Positions 44,544 to 51,076 of a stretch of 51,076 nt of DNA are shown in pieces. Source of the DNA: Candidatus Yanofskybacteria bacterium (GTDB lineage: Bacteria > Patescibacteriota > Minisyncoccia > 2-02-FULL-40-12 > GWA2-44-9); the NCBI GenBank assembly GCA_003514055.1, contig DOSG01000008.1, positions 208,087 to 259,162 on the forward strand. The letters are read 5' to 3'. The position numbers were made by a program, and so were the translations under genes. Under the pieces are notes generated by a model. That model made no database searches. It saw only the letters and a list, made by a program, of their open reading frames with translations, and was not told the origin of the DNA. Within the stretch, counting starts at the first letter, position 1; each line of letters opens with the position of its first letter.

Positions 44544-45421
44544 TATATTTTAGTAAATAAGATTAAGAAGCCATCAAGGATAAAAATTAGTCCAGCTATT
44601 TTTATAATCATAGACTTGCGATCTAGATTTTCGCCAATTCCAGGGATAATCTGCCTAAATGCGATCGCAATCATAAATACAAAGAAATATTGAAGGCCAG
44701 ACAGTCCATTTATTAGAGCGGCGTTGCCCTTGTAGATAGCGTAATAGAGAATTATAAATCCAGCCGCTGCGATAATCTTATTTGCCAGGAAAAGGTATTT
44801 AGACGAGCTAGACGACTGTCGAAAAGATGCAAAAATTTCTTTACGAGCATTAATAAAAAGAAGAGAGAGTAGTGCCGCGGCAACAAAGCCCATGCGTGTC
44901 CAGAATATGCCATTGATAAGGTCTGAATGTGAGAATGCCCATTTTAGTAGAGTGAAAGATAGGCCCGAGAAGGCACCGGCGATGATGGCTATGCCTAACA
45001 TTTTCCAGTTCATGCGACTCAGAATGAGCATACCAAAAACCATCAGACCAAGAGCCACAATATGGGCCTGGTTCAAAACGCTAGCATCCAGAATTAGATA
45101 CGAGAAAACAAATGTGAAAACCGCAGTGGAAGCGCCGACTTTGGTCGAAGCCGATGTTATTTCTCCAATTCTTATAGCTCGATAAAGGAATATTAGGCCT
45201 AGAAAAAATGCGGCGCCGGAGGCAATGGCCACGGCCAAGAAAGACCATCCAGGGAAACCAACACCAAAAGGGATTAAGACCACTGTCGTTATGCTCAACA
45301 AGGCTACCCAAAAAGAATAGGCGAAGGGCCTAGGTATTGGAGCGTGTAGTAAATATTTATCAAAAATGAATGCAACTGCGTTTATCAGATACGCCGCTAG
45401 AGCTAGATATAGCCAGGTCAT
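44543..45421 (-). CDS. EamA/DMT family transporter
   Basis: Ten TM helices in two repeats; start and stop overlap the flanking GH genes by 1 nt. Confidence 0.8.
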   Translation of the reverse strand: MTWLYLALAAYLINAVAFIFDKYLLHAPIPRPFAYSFWVALLSITTVVLIPFGVGFPGWSFLAVAIASGAAFFLGLIFLYRAIRIGEITSASTKVGASTAVFTFVFSYLILDASVLNQAHIVALGLMVFGMLILSRMNWKMLGIAIIAGAFSGLSFTLLKWAFSHSDLINGIFWTRMGFVAAALLSLLFINARKEIFASFRQSSSSSKYLFLANKIIAAAGFIILYYAIYKGNAALINGLSGLQYFFVFMIAIAFRQIIPGIGENLDRKSMIIKIAGLIFILDGFLILFTKI

Positions 45422-46716
45422 TAGTATTCAAAGTTATTGTCTCTACATATTTTAGCATATTCAAGAGCAGAAGAACGAATCTTACGAGATTGATTATGGG
45501 CATAATCAATCTCAACCAAGCCGAAACGTGGACCATAGCCATGATGCCATTCGAAATTGTCTAAAAGAGACCAATACATATAGCCTCGGACATCAACTCC
45601 ATCTTGCATTGCTCGCCAAATCCAATAGAGATGATCTTTTATAAACTTTTCTCGACGAGAGTCAGCCGCATCGGCAATCCCATTTTCAGTTACGTAGACC
45701 GGCTTATTATATTTAGTCTTTAGGCCAGCTAGAACTTTGCATATACCTTCAGGATATATTTCCCAGCCCATATCTTCGACATAATCTAGCTTTGGTAAGA
45801 CAGAATAGCTTCCTGGTAGTCTTGCAATGTTGTAATAATTAAGACCTATAAAATCATAGTAGGGATAAGCCCTAGAGAGAAGAAAGAAGTTACGATAATA
45901 TTCGACTAACTTGCCCAGCCCTAATATCTTTAGATACCATGGCGCGACAATCCAAGCATTATTTTCCGTAACTCCAATTTGGGGCTCCTTAATATTATGC
46001 GACGCATGGGGAACCTCGGGCTCAGTCGGCGGAACATACTCTTTACTTGATGGCGCGGTCGGGGATTGGGAATATATTTCTTTAATCGTTTTATAGGCTA
46101 ATATGTGCGACCGAATAATGTTCTTATCGACTCGGAGCATCTTTAAAAAACTTCTAAACTGAGGCGGCCATATGCCTCTAAAATAAGCCATTCCAGAATA
46201 GATCGTAGTCCCCTCGTTAAAAGTTATCCACAGGCTGGCATCATCTCTCAAGCCCTCAACTACAAACCTTACAAACCTTACAAAACGTTCTGGTGATTTC
46301 TTATTTAGAAATCCTCCATCATTGGCAAACCAAACTGGATTAGTAAAATGCCACAACGTGATCATTGGCTCTATCCCCCGCTCTTTGAGCGCCCTGACTA
46401 CCTCTATGTAATGCTGCATCGCTTTCTGATCAAACTTACCTTCTTCTGGTTCGATGCGTGACCACTCAATCGAAAGACGGTGAATATTCTGGTTCAACTG
46501 TTTAGCTATATCAAAATCTTCTTGATATCTATTGAGGCTATCGCAAGCTAGGCCAGATACGAAATCGGCCGAGCTAAGGCCTTGCGCCTTAAGCTCACCC
46601 GCCCTCTTCTTAGATTTCTCCCATTCCGACCAATCGTTATAATTATTTCCTTCGATTTGATGAGATGAAGTAGCGCTCCCCCACCAAAATCCTTTTGGAA
46701 ATTCTATTTTCTGCAT
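45421..46716 (-). CDS. GH1 beta-glucosidase family protein
   Basis: WGSATSSHQIEG, RLSIEWSRIEP, TLWHF, TFNEG (acid/base), GLNYY, VTENG (nucleophile), WSLLDNFEW. Confidence 0.95.
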   Translation of the reverse strand: MQKIEFPKGFWWGSATSSHQIEGNNYNDWSEWEKSKKRAGELKAQGLSSADFVSGLACDSLNRYQEDFDIAKQLNQNIHRLSIEWSRIEPEEGKFDQKAMQHYIEVVRALKERGIEPMITLWHFTNPVWFANDGGFLNKKSPERFVRFVRFVVEGLRDDASLWITFNEGTTIYSGMAYFRGIWPPQFRSFLKMLRVDKNIIRSHILAYKTIKEIYSQSPTAPSSKEYVPPTEPEVPHASHNIKEPQIGVTENNAWIVAPWYLKILGLGKLVEYYRNFFLLSRAYPYYDFIGLNYYNIARLPGSYSVLPKLDYVEDMGWEIYPEGICKVLAGLKTKYNKPVYVTENGIADAADSRREKFIKDHLYWIWRAMQDGVDVRGYMYWSLLDNFEWHHGYGPRFGLVEIDYAHNQSRKIRSSALEYAKICRDNNFEY

Positions 46717-46758
46717 ATTGATATCCTAACACAAACGACGTAATCATCTAGCCACTCG

Positions 46759-46800
46759 AGCATACAAAGGGCGCCCCATAGGGGGCGCCCTTTGTATGCT
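46759..46800 (-). terminator. 19-bp-stem hairpin downstream of the FKBP gene (palindromic element family)
   Basis: AGCATACAAAGGGCGCCCC-ATAG-GGGGCGCCCTTTGTATGCT. Confidence 0.7.
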
Positions 46801-46856
46801 TTTCTATAAACTAAGTTTTAAGTCACTACATCTACGACATGTATGCCTCAGGATCG

Positions 46857-47420
46857 TTACTGAGCAGAGGCCTGACCCGGAGTGACACCCAAAAGCTCGA
46901 TCTCGAAGACTAGCACCGAATTGGCCGGAATCTTTCCCATTGCCTGCTCTCCATAACCGAACTGTGGCGGTATAATCAACTTTCTCTTGCCGCCGATCTT
47001 CATGCCAGAAACGCCAACCTCCCAGCCTTGTATAACCTGGCCCGCACCAATAGTAAATTCAAATGGCTGATTTCTGTCGTAAGAGCTATCAAACTTCGTA
47101 CCATCGAGAAGAGTCCCCACGTAGTTGACCTTGACGCTATCGCCTTGCTTAGCCTCAGCGCCTGTACCAACGACTAGGTCTTGCCCGGAGATTTTATCCA
47201 TTGGGATTTGATCTGCTGATGGATTTTGAGATTGCTGATCTCGCGGTGGCTGTCCTTGATCTCCGGCTGGCGTGCTCGATGGCGAAGCCGAAGGGCTCGG
47301 TAGCGGCGAAGTTAAATCGATTATAGAGGCCACCGGAGAATTTGTTTTGGACAGAAAAAACCACACAGCCGCAGTCACAAAAACTACCAACACAATTAAG
47401 ATAAAAGTATTTTTTATCAT
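46857..47420 (-). CDS. Membrane-anchored FKBP-type peptidyl-prolyl isomerase
   Basis: VNYVGTLLDGTKFDSSYDR, GQVIQGWE, GGKRKLIIPP, IPANSVLVFEIELL. Confidence 0.96.
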   Translation of the reverse strand: MIKNTFILIVLVVFVTAAVWFFLSKTNSPVASIIDLTSPLPSPSASPSSTPAGDQGQPPRDQQSQNPSADQIPMDKISGQDLVVGTGAEAKQGDSVKVNYVGTLLDGTKFDSSYDRNQPFEFTIGAGQVIQGWEVGVSGMKIGGKRKLIIPPQFGYGEQAMGKIPANSVLVFEIELLGVTPGQASAQ

Positions 47421-47426
47421 TTATAA

Positions 47427-48410
47427 TTACTTTTTTACTGGTAAGTATAGCTTAGGATCAATCGTTCTGTCAAAACATTTCTCGCCAATCGAATGTTGCC
47501 AGTTTTCATCATATGGAGAACTATCAATTTTAGCCGTGCCAGCAGGAGTCACTCCCTCGTCTCCAGTGGCCGCTTCGAAAGCGGCGCAAAGCTTAAACTT
47601 ATAATTAGGTTTTTGGTTAGTGACTACTTCATATCGATAACTCGCTCCCGTGCTAGGGTCGCTAGGGACAACCCATCCATTAAGCGGGTCGTTGATATCG
47701 TTTAGATCTATTGGCAGCTTCTCGTTGTTCATCCAATATTCAACTATGCGACTCTGTATCACGCTTAGATTGGAAACCCTCATGTCATCCATCTTGATCT
47801 TCCTCTGATTAGTGGGTAGCCCGATAATATAAATGCCAAATGCGATCGCAGCTGCAACGACAACGATAACTAACCACGAAAGCCATTTTATATTCTTCGA
47901 ACTGGGATCTCTCAATTCTAGTATATAGTAGTAGAACGATGAACCAGCTATAAATAATATGGCCAAAGCCTTGAGTATGAATCTGACGGTCAATTCCCCG
48001 CCCAGAAGACCCCTGAATACGGCTATAAAATCACCAACTACGACTATGGCGGCGATGAATAACGTTAAATAGATTAGCCATTTTCTTATCCTCATCTCTT
48101 GCTTCTCGGCATGTCTTAAGATGTCTTTTCTTAAAAATCTAGCTATAAACAGGAAGATCGGGAAAACGATTATTAAGAACGAGAGGGGCCCAATCATCAT
48201 CTGATAATAACTGCTGCTATTAACGACAAAGCCGTTAGTAAAAACTAAGTCTGGGTAATATCTGTTTATTATTTGAAAGACTAATATCCCGAAGCTTACA
48301 CAACTGGTTATTAGGGACACCAGAGCCGCCAGGTACAGAAAGGTATCTCTCGGTAGGTTTTTTCCACTACTTTCGACCATTCCATGATTATTTGGGTTCA
48401 TATTTTCCAT
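47427..48410 (-). CDS. DUF5671-like membrane protein
   Basis: PRDTFLYL, RKWLIYLTLFIAA, LLGGELTVRFILK, D..RVSNL..IQ, DPSTGASYRY, FKLCAAF; family recalled from CPR proteins. Confidence 0.75.
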   Translation of the reverse strand: MENMNPNNHGMVESSGKNLPRDTFLYLAALVSLITSCVSFGILVFQIINRYYPDLVFTNGFVVNSSSYYQMMIGPLSFLIIVFPIFLFIARFLRKDILRHAEKQEMRIRKWLIYLTLFIAAIVVVGDFIAVFRGLLGGELTVRFILKALAILFIAGSSFYYYILELRDPSSKNIKWLSWLVIVVVAAAIAFGIYIIGLPTNQRKIKMDDMRVSNLSVIQSRIVEYWMNNEKLPIDLNDINDPLNGWVVPSDPSTGASYRYEVVTNQKPNYKFKLCAAFEAATGDEGVTPAGTAKIDSSPYDENWQHSIGEKCFDRTIDPKLYLPVKK

Positions 48411-48416
48411 ATGTTA

Positions 48417-48445
48417 ATCCTAGATGAATTAGGCATATAAAGCAA
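48417..48445 (-). promoter_or_regulatory. Sigma70-type leaderless promoter
   Basis: TTGCTT (48445-48440), 17 nt, TAGGAT (48422-48417), 6 nt, ATG 48410. Confidence 0.6.
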
Positions 48446-48510
48446 AGGCATACCGAGCGCGTAGATCGAATTAGTTTTCAACTTCTATTTTTATCGATTT
48501 GCAGATATAA

Positions 48511-49860
48511 TTGCATGATATGGAAGAAGAAATAATAACCCCACAAAAGAAATCTTGGAAAATTTTCCAAACTAGAAAGGGCATTGCTCTACTTATTATC
48601 ATCGGGATACTCGTCGCTGGATCCGCTAGCAGTTATTTCATTTTCAAACATAAACTCAGCTCAGACAATTCTGCCAGCATCTCTTCTGCTCAAAACAAGG
48701 ATATCTATGTACAATTTCTGAGCGAGATATGGGATACGATAAAGACCAGCCACTGGGAAAAGCAGCAAGACGACGCCTTAGCCAATTTATACAAGCTAGG
48801 TACGGAAAAAGTTATTGGAAAACCAGTCGACGTAACGCCCAAAACGAAAGAAGACGTTCAAGCAATGACAGAATTGGCAATGAAAGATATGGATGCGACC
48901 AAAAAGAAGGAATTCGCAACATCGCTGTCGGATATAGTTCTTGCCAATCTAAAACCATTCGGTAGGTCTAGATTATTCGGACAAAAGCAGCAGGAGGATC
49001 TTAAGAATACTGTGGAAAATCGTGATCCAAATGCCGACCTATACGCGACTCTCGATGTCGAAAAAGATGCCACGAAAGAAGAAATAGATAAAAAATATAC
49101 AGAGAAAGTTAAAACTGTAGATGCGACCAAACCCGAAGGCAAGCAAGAGCTGGCGAAATTAGAACGAGCAAAAAATGCCCTAGCCAGTCCCGACGCCAGA
49201 AAAGCATACGACGAGATCGGCGTCGAGCCCACGGTTATTACCAAGCTGATTAAGCCAGATATATTTTACATGCACATAACTAAGGTTTCTCCGCAAACCT
49301 TCGATGAGTTTCAGAAGGCTGCGAATTCAACAGATAAGCAAAATTTAAAATCGTTAATAATTGACCTGCGTGGCAATATTGGCGGCGCAGTAGATATACT
49401 CCCCTATTTCCTAGGACCATTTATCGGACCAGATAATTACGCCTATGATTTCTTCCATCAGGGAGAATATACGCCGTACAAGACTAAGATTGGCTGGATG
49501 CCGAGCCTAGTAAAGTTCAAGAAAGTTGTAGTCCTGATAGATGGCGAAAGCCAATCTTCGGCCGAGATTATGGCCGCTACATTTAAGAAATATAACGTTG
49601 GGATTGTCGTTGGAACCCACACTAAGGGCTGGGGAACAATCGAACAATTAATGCCAGTGAAAACCGTTCTCGATTCTAAAGAATCATATTCGATACTGAT
49701 GGTCCACAGTCTAACCCTTCGCGACGATGGACAACCAGTCGAAGGCAAAGGCGTTGATCCGTTAATAAATATCACAGATAAAGACTGGGATAAACAACTC
49801 ATGGAGTATGTCAGCTCTTCGAATTTAGTTGAAGCGGTTAAAGGATTCATCAAAAAGTAA
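48511..49860 (+). CDS. S41 (CtpA-like) peptidase with an inserted J-like domain
   Basis: LIIDLRGNIGG, VLIDGESQSSAE, GIVVGTHTKG, GKGVDP; J-like segment DLYATLDV...RKAYD. The track start is TTG; ATG 48520 is more likely. Confidence 0.85.
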   Translation: MHDMEEEIITPQKKSWKIFQTRKGIALLIIIGILVAGSASSYFIFKHKLSSDNSASISSAQNKDIYVQFLSEIWDTIKTSHWEKQQDDALANLYKLGTEKVIGKPVDVTPKTKEDVQAMTELAMKDMDATKKKEFATSLSDIVLANLKPFGRSRLFGQKQQEDLKNTVENRDPNADLYATLDVEKDATKEEIDKKYTEKVKTVDATKPEGKQELAKLERAKNALASPDARKAYDEIGVEPTVITKLIKPDIFYMHITKVSPQTFDEFQKAANSTDKQNLKSLIIDLRGNIGGAVDILPYFLGPFIGPDNYAYDFFHQGEYTPYKTKIGWMPSLVKFKKVVVLIDGESQSSAEIMAATFKKYNVGIVVGTHTKGWGTIEQLMPVKTVLDSKESYSILMVHSLTLRDDGQPVEGKGVDPLINITDKDWDKQLMEYVSSSNLVEAVKGFIKK

Positions 49861-49937
49861 TACTCGACTCACTGGACAGAGTCGCCAAAAAGCGGTAAAT
49901 TCACGCGGGTTCTTTGACATGCTTAGGGGCATAAACA

Positions 49938-50615
49938 ATGGAAATACCAAGCATTCCCGATAAACACATGGCCAGACTTGCCTTTGTTGGCGCTGACTAC
50001 GTAAAACGATTTGCTGAAGATTGGTATGATCGAGCATTCAGATCAAGCCTAGGCGAACGAGTAAGACGCATCCCCGCTTCAGGAAAAGCTGTCATCGAGC
50101 CATTAACATATCTGCTCCACAGCTACTTCGCAGAAAGATTTCCCGACGATACTCCGACTAAGAAATTTCTATCCAGCGTGCTCGAAGATCTCCCTTCTGA
50201 ATTTTGTAAGCGCATGCTAGATGATGGTCTCGTCGAAGACCATGCTCAAGAGCAGGTCATCGACGTGCACGCCATCAGAGTTAAGCCGATTTTCGAACTT
50301 TCGGATGAAGAGCTAGCCGACGTACTGGCTTGGTTTAGCAAACTGAATCCAGTCGAACAAGCACAGGCAAAGAGATTTATAACCGAAGCCTCTCTCGATG
50401 AACTAAGAAAAATCTTGGCCGTGGACGATGAGTTTCGAGCCAAGTTAATGAGCTTATTCGCCGCAGAGGTCAGGCCTTCAATACTGTCGGCTGTACGAAA
50501 ATTCATCAAAGAACAAAGCTTAGAATTGTCAGATGTCATTCGACAAATGAATGCCATGATTGCGACACAACGCAAACGCCTCCGAGAAAAACGTCTCGGA
50601 AAGGAAGGAAGGTAG
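49938..50615 (+). CDS. Hypothetical helical protein
   Basis: 225-aa ORF, no recognised motif; stop 3 nt before the next start. Confidence 0.65.
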   Translation: MEIPSIPDKHMARLAFVGADYVKRFAEDWYDRAFRSSLGERVRRIPASGKAVIEPLTYLLHSYFAERFPDDTPTKKFLSSVLEDLPSEFCKRMLDDGLVEDHAQEQVIDVHAIRVKPIFELSDEELADVLAWFSKLNPVEQAQAKRFITEASLDELRKILAVDDEFRAKLMSLFAAEVRPSILSAVRKFIKEQSLELSDVIRQMNAMIATQRKRLREKRLGKEGR

Positions 50616-50618
50616 GCC

Positions 50619-51076
50619 GTGAAAGATCTGCTAAATCTCGTCGGAAACAGTGCTGGGCTAGCCTATGAAGGCGGAGCCTGGGCGATTTCGGCTTACATAG
50701 CAAAAATCAAGAGAGCGTTTACGGTTTTTGGCTTTGGCCTTATCGCGGCGGCTATATTGTTCCTGATAGGATCTCTGACCAAAACCGGCGCACTCTTCAG
50801 TGTCGGCATTATCATTGCCCTGTTCGGGCTTATCTATTGTCTGCTCATTTTATCCATAGTCATTATTGGAGCAAGAGTTGTAGCCAAAAAAGTCCCAGAA
50901 GTCGGCAGATTTATTGGCTCCTTGATAATGGTTATTATCTTGTGGTCTTTCATAGCACTCTATGTATTTATTACCCATGTCTGGGAACAGCCATTGCTGT
51001 TCGCTGGGTTGCTAGCTACTGCAGGACTGATCTCCATAATCACCGTCCTCGTTGGGGACGTAATTGACCTGAATGC
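50619..51076 (+). CDS. Hypothetical polytopic membrane protein, partial (runs off window end)
   Basis: Not in the ORF track. GTG at 50619 after AAGGAAGG opens MKDLLNLVGNSAGLAYEGGAWAISAYIAKIKRAFTVFGFGLIAAAILFLIG..., open to the edge, with at least 5 hydrophobic segments. Confidence 0.75.
   Translation, partial: MKDLLNLVGNSAGLAYEGGAWAISAYIAKIKRAFTVFGFGLIAAAILFLIGSLTKTGALFSVGIIIALFGLIYCLLILSIVIIGARVVAKKVPEVGRFIGSLIMVIILWSFIALYVFITHVWEQPLLFAGLLATAGLISIITVLVGDVIDLN

Noticed and set aside
46261-46284. 9-bp tandem repeat (RFV RFV RFV) in GH1
   Set aside because: In-frame and too short to suggest phase variation.
48858-49853. Two minus-strand ORFs of 128 and 131 aa
   Set aside because: Antisense to the S41 peptidase.

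Overview
AT-rich bacterial window read with the standard code (TGA is a stop). Gene content (DUF5671-like protein, large S-layer-like protein, GH/EamA/GH1 block, general lack of Shine-Dalgarno sites) suggests Patescibacteria/CPR, probably Parcubacteria; this is inference. 368..30246 is a ~30 kb surface-glycan locus: a priming phosphoglycosyltransferase, about ten GT2/GT4 enzymes (three fused to methyltransferase or P-loop domains), two flippases, RmlC/RmlD-like and DegT enzymes, up to eight SAM-methyltransferase domains (two decayed), an O-antigen-ligase/TPR protein and a GT-C-like membrane protein. It is followed by a TMTC-like TPR membrane protein, secreted Ser/Thr/Pro-rich proteins and a 1133-aa S-layer-like gene with a long structured upstream region. 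The window ends with a wHTH regulator, two glycoside hydrolases, an EamA transporter, an FKBP PPIase and an S41 peptidase carrying a J-like domain. The most unusual signal is a family of short GC-rich palindromes (AATGGCGGTCTTT-N8-AAAGACCGCCATT and relatives). They occur intergenically and in-frame inside several genes, where they add NGGL...KDRH peptides, and they show compensatory base changes and nested inner palindromes. No rRNA, tRNA, CRISPR array or transposase was recognised. All alignments and folds were done by eye.
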